A DNA stretch of 64,000 nt from Eledone cirrhosa (Eukaryota). The position numbers and the translations under genes are program-made. The first letter of the stretch is position 1, and every line of letters begins with the position of its first letter. The DNA lies in NCBI GenBank assembly GCA_964016885.1, contig OZ024742.1, positions 337,032,001 to 337,096,000 of the forward strand. The letters are read 5' to 3'. This document shows, in pieces, positions 29,368-43,028 of this stretch. Under the pieces are notes generated by a model. It was given only the letters and a program-made list of their open reading frames with translations, searched no databases and was not told the DNA's origin.

Positions 29368-30463
29368 ATATACAACGAGGCAATCTGAGAGTGCTGTATG
29401 CATTTGCACTATATACATTTTATATTAATTTTCCCTTAATCTCTCTATCTGTTAATCTTGGCAAGCCATATTTCAATGTTATACACAATACAATTTCTTT
29501 ACATGTCTTATTTTTCTTGTAAGTAATTGACGTTAAACAGGTCCAACGATTTGAAAACCCGGTTCATTTGGAGCACACTAATTTAGTTCATTTTTTATTA
29601 TTATTATGACAATGACGATTGTGGTAGTGAAGTGAATGTTATAAAAACAAAGTTCAATAATAATTGTAAATAGCTGTCCAGTGTTATGGGTAGTAGATCA
29701 GCCAGATATTTATAAGTCAATACTACTTCTTTCACAACTTTACAAATTTGCTGTTGTTTAGCTCCAAATCAGCATTGATCGAGTAAGACTTATGATTAAG
29801 GGCGTTCAAGCCATAACCATCCCGTTTTTTATTATTATTTTTTTTTATATCAGGGACTATATTTCCCAATTGCTCTTCCTATCTTTGTTTTGTTTTTTGT
29901 TTTGTTTTAAGGTATGTGGTTTCAGCGGAGAAATTTAGCTGCTATTTTAGACAACTGAAAGAGCTACGTACAAGCTAACCTCGTTGGCTCGGTTCTTTAA
30001 AAAGACTGAATCTTTGGTAGCAGCACTTTTTGTGTCAGCACCAGAGTGACTGGATGAGCAAATATCAAGACGGACATACTAACTTAAAACTGGTTCATCG
30101 ACACAGATAATATATATAGCAAACATCAAAGCAATTACACTGAAACACACTTAAAAGTACACACACGCATGCAGACGTACGTTTGTGTGTTTTCATGTTC
30201 TTTCTCCTCTCTTTGTGCTGAAGAAAAACATTTTTTGGCCGGCTTAAATTCTTTGCTTGCTAAAACAGTAAAGTAATTTACTTGGTTACATTTGTAAAGT
30301 CTCTGTATGTTTGACAATAATGTGAACTGAAAACAGAAAAAAACATACACACTTTCTCATTGACAATTATGGCATATTTTTTTACATTAGACATTCAGAT
30401 ATATAAAATATTTACACGTAATATTTTTCCTTGCACGTTTTTACTAGGTTGCACTCGCGCGCA

Positions 30464-30544
<81 letters not shown>

Positions 30545-30548
<4 letters not shown>

Positions 30549-31598
30549 TTAGTAGTAGTACCCGTTGCTCTGGAAAGAGATGACTTAGTCAGTGGACAAT
30601 TTCTTATTTGAAACACACATATAAGTGGTTATGTTTTTACCATCTATGATTATCTATTTATATGAAACATCAATTTACAATATACTAGACCACCCGTGAC
30701 CCGTTGGGTCATGTTCACTTCGAAATATTTAAAAAAAAATCATATTCACTTAAAAATATTTTTTAAATAATTAAAATATACACAGACATGTATATAATGT
30801 GAAATGAAACTGGAAGGCCCATATATATATATATACGTGTGTGTATGTATACATATAAATGTGTGTGTGTGTATACATATATATGTATGTGGATGTCTGT
30901 GATCTATATGCACTGGTCATAGACACACACATATATATATACTAGCAGCAGGACCCGGCATTGCACGGGGTAGGAAACGTGAAATAGCAACACGCATATG
31001 CAAAGATTGAATAATGTAGCTGTGTACTTTTTGAATTCCCTTATTCTCAGGGAATGATTGTTCATATACCGGAAACGTAGAACAACAGCAGGCATGTGCA
31101 AAATCTGAAGAAAATCAGCTGGATATTCTTTAAGCGTACTAAATCTTAGAGTATGATATTTCTTCCATTTGGAGAGAATCGGTTAGGTACGTTTCGAGTT
31201 TTATAGATTCGCACCCAGTCATCCGGACAGACATCATCTGAAGGAGAGACGTAGTCAATTGTGTGAAAACCAAGTAGGGATATTGAGATGACGAAATCAA
31301 CGTGGCAATGCAGCTGCAGCAGAAAGGGGTCATAGTGCAATTAGCACAAACGCTGGGAGGCACTGGTTGCACTGCGTTTACACAGCGACAAAAGGGGTCT
31401 TAGTAGAAGTAGCACAGACGTGAGTTTTACGGTGTCAATAACACGGCAACGTACACTGGGCCCGGCTTTGCGCATGATGAAAGCACGAAGTGACAACAAT
31501 TCTAAGGTCCTCCTCATTTCCTCAATCCCCCGAAAATGGTCCTGCTTAAAAGTAAGTAAGTGCTGTGTGCTCAGTTAAATAAACCGAATTTTTAACGA

Positions 31599-31670
<72 letters not shown>

Positions 31671-32099
31671 TTAGTAGTAGTACCCGTTGCTACTTACGAT
31701 GTTTAAGTAGCGTTTATATTGAAAATGAAAATGGCATGTAATGTCCAATGCTAATTCGTAAATTTCCTAGAAACCATTAATGGAATCGGAATTTTTTTTT
31801 GCCCACAGCAATGTGAGGGAACTAACTAGTGTGCTGCAAATTTCGAGGAAATCGGCTGGATTATCTTTAAGTTACGCCTCAAAAAAAGCCTAAAACGCCT
31901 TTAAAATGTGGTTTTTCGCCTAATGCAGAAAAAGTTAAAAGTTAAATTTTTAGCCCATTGCACTTCAAGAAATATAAGTAACGTATGTGTAAAGTTTGAA
32001 AAAAATCAGTTGGGTACTTCTCGAGTTTTCGGTATTTATACAGACAGACAGACATCCTCTGTTTTGTATATATAGAGATATACACACACAACAACACCA

Positions 32100-32173
<74 letters not shown>

Positions 32174-32471
32174 TCTCTCTCCCATTCTCCTTCTCTGTCT
32201 CTATGTCTCTCCTTCAATCTACTCTCTCACAATCACTATCTCTTTCTCTCTATCTTTCTTTCTCTGTCTGCTTATGAAGGTACCCGGAAAAACCCCATAT
32301 CTCGGGAACCCGTGGTCCGATTTACGCGAAACTTGTTTTATTCCATTTGTATCCCCATTTCAGGGTCAACTTCCTTTCAAAGTATTTTCTCATTATGCGC
32401 CCTTTTGGCTGTATTACATTACAGACAAGCAAGCAAGCAGCAATCACAGACTTTTAGTAATATATAGATAA

Positions 32472-32529
<58 letters not shown>

Positions 32530-34070
32530 TATCACAGTAACTTAAAATATATATAAAATTTTACTTCTCGAAGTCTAACAAGACATGTAATTAAACGCCC
32601 CCCCCCCCCCCCCCCCCCCACACACACACATATATAGTTATGGAACGAAGCTTTGGCAGCAACATTCTGGTTGACAATAATACTGTCAATGAATGTATTT
32701 CTACTCTTAATATTTTAACTGAAACACTCACTTATCTTGGTAATGATATTGATACTAATACATGGATTAATGATAGTATTGTTAACAATAATGTGAACAT
32801 CCTATTGAATGGTAGGGCTTCTAGAATAGATACTGAATTTATTGATCTTGGTAAAACAAGGTATACCACTAACATCTTTGCTGGTGGTGATCATAATAGG
32901 GGTATATTCAATGGTAATAGTCAACCTTCAGTGATTAAGTGTAATTGTAGTATTCCTAATAATTGCCCATTTGGAGGTAAATGCCTGACAAGTAATGTTA
33001 TTTATAGATGAGAGGTTTCAACTCGTGGTAATTGCTTTAATTATATAGGGGCTACTGCCAATAAATTCAAGACTAGATTTTATGTTTATACCCATTCTTT
33101 TAAAAAGAAAGAGCTGAAAATACTACTTCTCTGGCAAAATTAGAGTCTTGAAGAGTCCTTTGTGCTCATCAAGTTTGCATCGGAACTCTCATTGCCTCTT
33201 GGTGATTTTCATATTGAACTTCTGTATGTTGCGATAGTTTTTCTTCTTGCCTTAACCTTTGTTTTCTGTCTCAAGTTCTGTACATTTTCAGAAAGTTGCG
33301 ATCGTCTTTCTTGTTGTCTTAATCTTTCTGTTTCCTCGTCTCATAATCTGCTGAATGTCACAATGTTTACTTGTCCCTTTATTACCAAGTCGTTTTTTTT
33401 TTTATTTCGTGAGTTTCCCTTTCGTTTGAAGATTTCAACCGTTTGGCGTACATTGTGAAGATAATATGTATGCAACTTACGAAGGCCTAACGTACGTAAT
33501 AAACGCGCAAACACACATACACACTCACATACAAAATCTAATGTCGTCGTCATGGTGTTATAAAATGTCATTTACCCCTGTATCTCTCTTTTTAGATGTG
33601 TGTGGGTTCGTTGTCAGTCGTCACAGAAATGCATATATACTCACACATACACATACACTCATACATATATACTTGTCATTCATCACATATGTATATGTAT
33701 GTGTAGATGTGTGTGTGTTTATGTGTGACGATAATGTGTATGCAACTTACTAAGGCCTAACGTACATAACGAACGCGCGCACACACACACACACTCACAG
33801 ACACATACACACTCATATACAAAATGCGACGTCGTCATTCTCGTCGTGGTGTTACAAAATGTCGTTTACTATAGTTAACTCTATAAAGATTACTTTTGAT
33901 AAAATGTTATATTGTTTTAATCCAAATGAAAATAAAAATTACATGTTGTTAATCCCGGGGTCTAGTACTATTACCTTGTAAAGTTTGATTTGGTTTGGTT
34001 GAGCCGTTTGAGAATACATAAGGAAACAGACTGACAGAGAGACAAATAATTTTATATAGAGAGATATATA
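30545..34070 (-). mobile_element. Nested cluster of non-autonomous Helitron-like fragments with (CA)n, (CT)n and (GATA)n tracts
   Basis: 3'-type ends ACTAG + GC hairpin at 30684 and 30941; 5'-type ends (AGAC)n...TTTT..TATATAGA near 32040-32080, 32420-32470 and 34025-34070. Confidence 0.55.
32936..33140 (+). pseudogene. Penelope-like GIY-YIG endonuclease fragment
   Basis: KCNCSIPNNCPFGGKCLTSNVIYR*EVSTRGNCFNYIGATANKFKTRF...HSF: Cys-rich linker, VIY/YIG motif and catalytic R. Confidence 0.8.
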
Positions 34071-34299
34071 GTATTTGTGTTAACAATTTTACTTATTTCT
34101 GCTTTACCAAAGGTTTCAAGACAAACACGGATGGCTCTTCAGATGCTTGGAAAAAACGAAATAAGTTAGAAGTAATTAAAAAAGAGAAAGTAGAAAAAAA
34201 AGAAAGAAAAGGAAAGAAAAAAAACACAAGCAGGTAATACATACATCTAGAACCACATACAACAAAAGTCAGGCGAAAAGGGTGGACAAACGAATCGCT

Positions 34300-34840
34300 G
34301 CCAGAGCAAAAAGTAACAATATCGCGAGGAGGACTGGGAAACCTCTCTAATAATATTTTAGGCAAGCTAGCACGTTCGCAGCCGTACCTCATTTGATGGC
34401 GAGGCTGATGCGCTAAAACAACCAAGCTCCCTCACGAGCATCACCAGTTATCTCGGTTAGGCGAGCCGCCAGTGAAGATAAAAATCTCGCAGTTAGTAGC
34501 TCGACTCCCACAAACGTCTCGAACGTCAGGCTGAAAAATGTAGTTAGCCGGCAGATCACGGTATTTCAGGATGTTGCTCCATTCGGCTGCGGAAGCTGCA
34601 GCTCTCGCCTTTACCTCAGCATCCAAGATGTGGGAAGAAGCAAAAGTGTCGCTAACTGTGATGTCCCAGATAAGGCTCTTGCCTCTAATCAGGGGCACAG
34701 GGTAAGGCAGTCAGGTCTTTTCCCATCAATTCTGGACAGTCCAGATGGTTCTAAGATTGAGGAAATGTTTGCCCGAGCCAAAGTTCTCTTAATGATGAGG
34801 TTTAGCTCCGTGTGACGCACGAAGCGACCGGCATTCAAGA
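34300..34840 (-). pseudogene. CRE-clade non-LTR element, restriction-like endonuclease fragment
   Basis: [13 protein letters not shown]...[15 protein letters not shown]...GKSLIWDITVSDTFA. Confidence 0.75.
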
Positions 34841-35059
34841 GCAAGAAAGACCGTGGAGGACTGTGGAGTCGCGTAGTTTTGCACACCGACATTTGAGACC
34901 TGTACAGACGTCGGTTCCCACTCTGAGGGCAAGAGCCGAAACACTCGCTTGAGGAGAGGTTTCTTCTCTGAAGACCTTCTACCAAGCTCTCCTGAAGGTT
35001 TCTTACCCCCATTTGGGGCATTTTTCTTAAAGAAAAAAAAAAGGGTTCAGGCAGATTAG

Positions 35060-35197
35060 CCCAAAGTTACCATCATGCGGAAGGATGGAGGTTAAAGTTG
35101 ACCTCGGCGGAATTTGAGCTTAGAATGCAAAGAGCCAGAACAAATACCGCAATGACATCTTATTCGACGCTCTACCGGTTCTACCAATCCACCACCC
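35060..35197 (-). mobile_element. SINE copy (family of 39173-39370)
   Basis: Reverse complement of GCCGAGGTCAACTTT..CCATCC and tRNA-like head. Confidence 0.6.
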
Positions 35198-35418
35198 TCA
35201 ACATCACTATTATTGCCAACATAATTTCCACCTCACACCATCTATTTGACCGGAATACTCATTTGCCTTCTGGGTAATTGATAGCAGACGGTCCTTGTTT
35301 CTTGACTGTATATTTACAGAACTAGACAACAATCATCACATTTTAAAAAGATGTGAAAGAAAGTAAATAAAATACACAGAAAAAAAAGGGGTGGGGTATG
35401 AAAGAGTTGACAGGAGGG

Positions 35419-35715
35419 CAGCGGCGTGCTGAGCTCTGGTGATGCCCGAGGCAAATCTTGATTGTATGCCCCAAAGACTCAAGTATAAGGCCTGATGCCC
35501 CAAAGACTCAAGTATAAGGCCTAATGTACTGAGAAATATTACGAGAAGGGAAAATATTTTGAATATATAAACACAGATGAAACATGAAATAAAAGCTTTA
35601 TTCGATTTTAATATAAATCAATAAAATTTATCAAGTTCTTTTCCTCAAATGATGCCCCCATTCAAAGGATGCCCGGGGCCAACGCATCGCCCCCCCCCCC
35701 CTCTGCACGCTACTG
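35419..35715. mobile_element. hAT-type MITE
   Basis: Imperfect TIRs CAGCGGCGTGC / GCACGCTACTG flanked by 8-bp TSD CAGGAGGG / CAGGAGAG; subterminal ATGCCC repeats. Confidence 0.7.
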
Positions 35716-36800
35716 CAGGAGAGTGAGAGAGTGAGAGGGGGGTGAAAGTTGGCAAGAGAGTGAGAGAAACATGAGAGAGTGTGTGTATGTAGAAAAGAAA
35801 GAAAGGGTGTGTGTGAAAGATGGCAAGAAAGTGAGAGAAAAAATAAGAGAAGACAAGAGAGTGAGAAGAAAGGGTGTGTGAAAGAGAGTGAGAGAAAGAG
35901 AAAGTAAATAAGATAACTAGAAAAACGACAAAGCGGGAGGGTGTATGAAAATGAGAGTAAGAATAAGACAAAGAAATAACGAGAGAGAGAGGAACTAAGC
36001 CAGAAAGAATGAAAAAAACCAACACAAATACAAAACTGACCGAGGGACGGAGCTGACACATACAAAATACGACACTTATAATTTTCTCTCGTAAATATAC
36101 GAAAGCTAATTCGCAGCGAACAAACGTTAGACATTTGTGTAAGTGAGAAAAAAGAGGGTGAATATGTGTGTGTGATATATATAGAGAGGTGTATGTTTGT
36201 GAGCGATAGGAAGAGGGTGTGTGAGAGAGAGAGAGGTGTATGTTTGTAAGAGATAACGAGAGGGAGTGAGAGAAAGAGAGAGAAGTGTATGGTTGTGAGA
36301 GATAGGAAGACGGGGAGAGAAAGAGAGAGGTGTGAGAGACAGCAAGAGGGGGTGTGGAAGAGAGAGAGGTGTATGTTTGTGAGAGACAGCAAGAGGGGGT
36401 GTGGAAGAGAGAGAGAGAGGTGTATGTTTGCGAGAGAAAGGAAGAGGGTTGTGGAAGAGAGAGAGAGAGAAAGAGACAGCAAGTGTAGGGAGTGAGTATG
36501 AGAAATGCCAGAGACTGGGAAAATAAGGGCAAGATATGTATGCGTGATATATAGTCTGTGTGTGTATATGGGGAGATAGATTGAGTGTGAGTGAGATACG
36601 GAGGTGAGGTGTAAGTGTGTGTCAGGCATAGAGGTGGTGTGTGTGTCAGATAGAGTAACGGAGTGTGTGTGAAAGAGAATGGAAAGTTTTTATGTATGTT
36701 TGTAAAAGACAAGAAGTGTTTGTGATAAATGTAAAGGAGAAGTAGGAATAAAGGTAAGAGCGAGTGAGATAAAGAGGAAGTGTAGAGAAGGGGCTGTCTA
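35716..36800. repeat. GA-rich low-complexity region with degenerate minisatellite
   Basis: Repeated GAGAGAGGTGTATGTTTGTGAGAGA units. Confidence 0.8.
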
Positions 36801-36969
36801 TGTTTGTCCACGCGCGAGCGCTTGTCTCTGAATTCACACAAATGAAGATTTTGACACAAGTGCAGATTTTGTTTTTTCCTTTTAAAAAGTTCTTTCAGCT
36901 TCTTCATAATTATAAAGAATTCTTATAATGTATACTTGACGAATATGTATGTATGTATATATGTATATT

Positions 36970-39020
36970 TGTTAGGTTACTCTCAAATGCTACTGGTAAC
37001 ATGTAATCCAGTACAACCTGTCGCATGGTCGGATCGTCGGCAACTAAACCGGCAACCCACCAAGCTAGCTTGGTGAGGAGGGTGATATTGGACACTGTGT
37101 GAGATGAAAAGCAAAACCCGACGAAGGGCGAAGAAACTCATGTGAGTCAATGGCCATCCAATAGTATGTGCATTTGTATATTATGCGCAGGGTCTTAAAA
37201 ATACTCAGGTTTGTGGCTGGATGTGCAGTAAGCCGTCTGCGAGTGAGAACCCCCTCATCCCATTAGGATATCTCTCTAGAAGGAAACTGATGAAAAACCT
37301 GTGCTGAATAGTAATCGATGATATTGATCTGTTATTTTCGGATTATATCGTTGCTCAGTGAGTGGGATTGGTCCAGTGCAAGGCATTTCCCCACTATCAA
37401 AAGCTTCACACATAGGGGCATTACTCGATATCATAAGATCTTTGAATGATGTAAATGGTTGATTGTAGCCTTAAAAGGTGACCTGATGAAAATGAACGCT
37501 CAAAATTTTGAAATAAATGACAATAAGGGCTCCGGAACAACATCTGGTGAAAGGGTCTGGCCAGGCAGTTGTCCTGGGACACATTAGCCCAGATTCGGTC
37601 GTCATCCCAACACTACAGTGAAACCTTTAAGTATTAGTTGTTGGAATGTGAGGACATTGCTTGGCACTATGTCTTCAGAATGTCTTGAGAGGAGACCAAC
37701 TCTTGTAGCCAAGGAGGTATGTCGCTACAATCTGGATATTGTTGCTCTGTCGGAAACTTGTTTGTTGGGTGAAAGTCACATAATGGAATGTGCTAGTGAC
37801 TACACTTTCTTTTGGAAAAGTAGTGTGGAGAGGCTAAGAAGAGAGGCTGGAGTGGCCTTTGCAATGAAATCAGAACTTATGCCCAAGCTTGAGGAATTCT
37901 CATTGGTTATAAACAAGTGTTTGATGACCATGAGAATTCCTCTGCAAAAAGGTAGTATTGTGACTTTAGTTAGTGTATACGCTCCAACAGTATCTGCCTC
38001 TGAAGAAGAGAAATTATCCTTCTACCAAGCTTTAAAAGCTGTACTATGCAGTGTTCCTATTGCAGATAAGGTTGTCATCTTTGGTGACTTTAATGGAACC
38101 AGGTTGGGATTAGTAGATAAATTTGTCTACTTGGGTAGCACACTGTCAAATGATGGCTCCTTGGATGCTGAAATACATCTGCACATCCAAAAGGTGTGTG
38201 TGTATAGATCATTTGTTCTGTCTGCTTTTATACTCCACTGAAACTTGGACGCTATTCTGCAAACATATCAAATTACTTGAGCGCTTTCAGTTTAAGGCGC
38301 ATATTCAACATCAAGTGGCAAGACAGAACTCCTGACATCCATGTTCTTGTCAAAGCAGAATGTCCAAGTATTGAGTCTCAAGTAACATCTCAAATGCGCT
38401 AGACAGGACAGGAAAGAAAGCAGGATCCTGAAGCGACTGTTTTACGGTGTGTTCCTCAACACTAACTGGAAATGAGGTACAAGGAGAGCATCAAGAACAA
38501 CCTGAAAGGGCTGGCATTTGATATAGACAACTGGGAGGAGATAGCTCTAGATAGGGCTGAGTAGAGAAAACGCATAAAGGGCAGTTGCAAAACTTTGAGG
38601 AATGTCGTCTGGAACATAAACAACCGAAGCGTCAGCTCCAGAAGGGTTGTGCTCAGTCTTGATGAAGTCATCAGTAGTTGGACATGCAGTTTCTGTCAGC
38701 GTGTACTCCTCTCAAAAGGCTGGTTATGTTAATCAGCCGAAGTCACATGAAAGGATAACCACCTGGCAAATCAACGTGTGTTATGTGCAACAGAGTGTGT
38801 AGAACTAGTTCCAGACTAAAACAACAGATGGTGGTGCATAAAGATTGTGTCCCACAGGGTGACCACACCGGTCCTGTGGAAAGCACAACTCTCTTCTGTT
38901 ACCTGTGTCGTAAACCATGCAGATATACAGCTGGTCTACAAAGTCATCGAACGAAGTCATGGGCGCGGATGGGATGACAATGAAGAATCAATACGAGACG
39001 GCAATCGTCTGTGAAGACGC
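36970..39020 (+). pseudogene. Internally deleted RTE (BovB-like) LINE: 5' UTR, APE endonuclease, RT C-terminus, C2H2 fingers
   Basis: CWNVRTL, DIVALSET, VSVYAPT, GDFN joined directly to FVYLGSTLS (RT core deleted); C-terminal CxxC...H fingers at 38680-38950. Confidence 0.85.
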
Positions 39021-39172
39021 TACAATCCTTGTGTGAGTGTGTGTGTGTGCGCGTGTATGTATGTATGTATGAGGTTAAATATGTTAACGTATGTCTTGTG
39101 TTGCAATGCTAATAAATGTTTTCCTTGAAACATGGGAGATAACTGTGAGATAACGTCATTATTTCTCATTTT

Positions 39173-39470
39173 AAGGCGATGGTTTGGCAGTATCGGTAGA
39201 GCGTCAGGCATGCTTTGCAGCATAGAGTTACAGCCCTTTACGGTATAAGTTCAAATTCCGCCGAGGTTAACTTTGCCTTTCATCCCTACGGGGTCGATAA
39301 ATAAAGCACCAGTAATGCACTGGGGTAATTGCTGGCCTTGTGCCAAAAGTAGAAACAATTATTTCTCATTTTAAGGCATGGACTGGACAGGGCGGTGGAT
39401 TGGCAGTATCGGGTAGCGTCAGACACCATGCTTTGCAGCATTGAGTTATAGCTCTTTACGTTCTGAGGAA
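39173..39470 (+). mobile_element. tRNA-derived SINE, one near-full copy plus a partial tandem head
   Basis: TGGCAGTATCGGTAG A box, AGTTCAAATTC B box, GCCTTTCATCCCTACGGGGTCGATAAA domain. Confidence 0.75.
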
Positions 39471-39477
39471 AATGTGA

Positions 39478-39790
39478 AGTTGAAGATGTTAGTGTCTTTT
39501 ATTAATTGAACCGTTATACATATTTCAATGACGATCGATATCGCGATTTCTTCAGACAGCAAAAATTGATTAAAAGGTAACATTTCCGAGGCAATTTTGG
39601 GTGGGTGGAAGGGAGCGGACTAATAAAAAATGCGTTTTTGCTTGGAGCGCCCGCTCCCTTCTAATTTTCAGAACATCCCGACTGCCCTGCTTAGTCACAG
39701 GGGTGTGGGTGGCTGACCACTTGACTACTACCAAGAATACCACCAACTTTATGTGTTCTCTCTATTTACCAGTCCCTCACCTCGGCCGAC
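39478..39790 (-). mobile_element. Penelope-like pseudo-LTR with hammerhead motif (39510-39560); second copy at 45296-45606
   Basis: Minus strand GCTGT-CTGAAGA-AAT..ATT-GAAA-TATGTA-TA-ACGGT followed by AATAAA. Confidence 0.6.
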
Positions 39791-40328
39791 AACTCTATAC
39801 GGTAAGTTGAAGTTCAGACCAGTCGAAATTTATTTACTGCTAGCCTTGCAAAATCCCGTTTATGGCGGGATAATATACAGACCATCAACCCCAAATCGAT
39901 AAAGTAACCTACTGATATGGTAAATATAACTTATAGAAAACATTAAAGGTTTCACAACCCGCAAACCCAGAATAAATTCTAGAATTCAGACGTTAAGAGT
40001 TAAGAGTTAGAAGACTGGAGAGCCATACAACAGTCATTATGATAAGAGAAAATCTAACTGGCAAAGTGTATATTCTTATTAGAGATTGGGTTCAGAGCTG
40101 GATAGTAACTTGTTCTGACTCCCCATAGAAAAAACTGGCCTCTTGTCGTGAATGAAAGGCAATATTTAAAGTATCTACTGTAACGAATGCAAAAATTAAA
40201 TAATCGAGTAGTTGGTATCCCGGTCAATCCGGTGAGACAAATAATACATTGACGATTTAAGGAAAAATGTAAAAAAAGGTACAAATGAGTAAGGATGAAC
40301 GGGAAAAATAGTATCATAAAGGAAAAAT

Positions 40329-40437
<109 letters not shown>

Positions 40438-40677
40438 ATCCGGTGTTTGCATAGCTACGGCTTCCTAAAACCGTATTTCTTTGGATATACGAAATATTTC
40501 TACATATTGTATAAAGCTATGCTTGAAGCGAAATCCTATTTTTTTTCTATTATAAGTTAAGCCAACTTATGCAGCTTCATATGCAAATGAGATTAATCAC
40601 CTCATTTACACAGACGAGAAAATTATATATTCTCGCCTGTCTCCTTCCTAGCCCAGCAGTCGCAAACGGTGGGAGAG

Positions 40678-40721
40678 ACCGTCCTGACGAAGGTCAGTTA
40701 AGCCTGAAATGCATAGACGGT
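40678..40721 (+). ncRNA. Minimal type I hammerhead ribozyme (Penelope-type)
   Basis: ACCGTC-CTGACGA-AGGT..GCCT-GAAA-TGCA-TA-GACGGT; perfect 6-bp helix I, palindromic loop III. Confidence 0.75.
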
Positions 40722-40828
40722 TGTCTACCTTGCTTCTGCTGGACATCACCATTTCTTTGGAGATACGAAATATATATATGTGTTTCTTATTGGCAACATG
40801 ACCCTCCCAAAGTATAACAATATATATA

Positions 40829-40951
40829 TAGCCTGATAGTGGGGGTTAAGAACACTCGGAGAAATGGAAAAAGATGAGTATTGACGTACATGTACGTCAA
40901 TACTCATCTTTTTCCATTTCTCCGAGGGTTCTTAACCCCACTATTAGGCTA
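40829..40951. repeat. Near-perfect spacerless palindrome
   Basis: Symmetry axis between 40890 and 40891. Confidence 0.9.
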
Positions 40952-41029
40952 AGTAATTTCTTTAGTAAAAAATACGGCGATAGCTTATATTTCTAATTAC
41001 AAACTCGCTCGTTGTTTCGAAAATATTCT

Positions 41030-41120
<91 letters not shown>

Positions 41121-41571
41121 AGACGTAAGATAAGAAAATTATAAAATTAACTTACTTACTAAAATATCACTTCCAACTAATTAGTTTCTGAAGTAAGTTA
41201 ATTTTATAATTTTCTTATCTTACGTCTCTTATATTATTGTTCTGCAACCCCATGCATTGAACCACAATGTTATTAAGACAAAACCTATATATTTGCTAGC
41301 ATCGATATGCATTTGTATGTATATATATGTTACTAGATATAAATTCTTTATTATTATCTCCAAAATATTTGTCGAGCAACACTGGCCATGACTGCTGCTA
41401 CGGTAGTAGGCTGGCCGCTGTCTTATTAACAACCCACTTTCCACCGATTGACCTCGATGTCACGTGTTCGATTCTTTTTGAATTTGCCACAGACACAGAG
41501 GCAGTGATTTTCTCAATGGATAGGAAGTAAGTCCACGCTTTGCTATTTCCTATTCACTGATTTATTTTTAA

Positions 41572-42495
41572 CTAGCAGTAAAGCCCGGCGTTGCCCGGGG
41601 TCGCTCAGTAGCTGTGTTAAAGTTACAATGTTAAGTTTCTTTCTTGGCTTAAAAACTGTAGTGTCTACTGTGCAGACTTGCATGTGGTGTTTTTGATTAA
41701 TATTCCCTCAACCAACAATATGCCTTATGAAGTTAAAAAAACATAACGATAACCCGAATGTTATAACAAAAGAGGATGCTGGGGATAGAAACTGCACTGG
41801 TTATTTATTAACAAAGATCGAAAATGTAAACACTGCAACGCAGAGAAAAACATTAGCGTAACCAAATTATCAGTTATGTCTGTCTGCACGCCTATATCAC
41901 CTCTCTGCACGACTATCTGTCTGCACGCCTATATCACCTCTCTGCACGACTATCTGTCTGCACGCCTATATCACCTCTCTGCACGACTATCTGTCTGCAC
42001 GCGTATATCACCTCTCTGCACGACTGTCTGTCTGCACGACTGTCTGTCTGCACGACTGTCTGTCTGCACGCCTAACGACGAAATATTTGCTTGTTTTACG
42101 TAGTCTTTAAATAGACTTGTTTTCAAGTAAAAATATTGTTTTAAAATGCTTTTAAATGGAAATGAAGCAACACGGAAGCTTAGTGTTCGAACTGTTCGTG
42201 TATTGTGTTAATGTCATTTTAAACGCTGAGAAAGCCAGCGTAATTTTTTACGTAAGACGCTCAATGTAAACAGAACAAAGGGAAATAACTGATAACTTAC
42301 GCTCAAAAATCGATACATTATATTCGATTTCGTCACATAGGGTGGGTCAATTTGAAATTTTTTTTTTCCGATGTCTTCGCTAGGGCTCAATGTACAAGTA
42401 TAGCAATTTCGGTGCAATTCCGTGAGAGATTCTAAGAGGAGATGTGTGCCAAAAATCGATAGACAGACAGACAACCACAGTTTTATATATATAGA
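41572..42495 (-). mobile_element. Non-autonomous Helitron with internal minisatellite (41876-42075)
   Basis: Minus strand A|TC start at 42495, CCCGG-GCAACG-CCGGG hairpin then CTAG|T end at 41572. Confidence 0.75.
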
Positions 42496-42541
42496 TAAGC
42501 TTCCAGTGTCCTCGCTTTGCCTGGAACTTATATGAGAATTG

Positions 42542-42623
42542 ACTTTCCTGATGACGGGATGTTTCTCTACACCTTCTCCGGAAGATGTATCTACTCCATT
42601 CCAGAAACTAATTAGTTGGAAGT
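42542..42623 (+). ncRNA. Hammerhead ribozyme-like motif with extended helix II
   Basis: ACTTTC-CTGATGA-CGGGATG...CATTCCA-GAAA-CTAATTAG-TT-GGAAGT. Confidence 0.6.
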
Positions 42624-42864
42624 GATATTTTAGTAAGTAAGTTAATTTTATAATTTTCTTATCTTACGTCTCTTATATTATTGTTCTGCAACACTATGCA
42701 TTGAACCACAATGTTATTAAGACAAAACCTATATATTTGCTAGCATCGATATGCATTTGTATGTATATATATGTTACTAGATATAAATTCTTTATTATAT
42801 ATATATATATATATACATCGGTACTGGCATTGATAAATATGGTGGGTCCGTCAATCCTTATTAT

Positions 42865-42908
<44 letters not shown>

Positions 42909-43028
42909 ATAAAAAAAGAAAAAAACTATTATAGAAAGAATGAATGAAAGGAAATGCAGGACAAATCCGTGATAAATGTCTGAGTGGCGCGAATTATAGT
43001 GTCAGCTATATTCACAGTACTTCGGGTG

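Noticed and set aside
32640-32935. Asn-rich N-terminal part of the 123-aa ORF as a host gene
   Set aside because: Runs into a Penelope GIY-YIG remnant with a stop codon; low complexity
35631-36907. 332-aa and 420-aa minus-strand ORFs
   Set aside because: Derived from GA/CT low-complexity sequence
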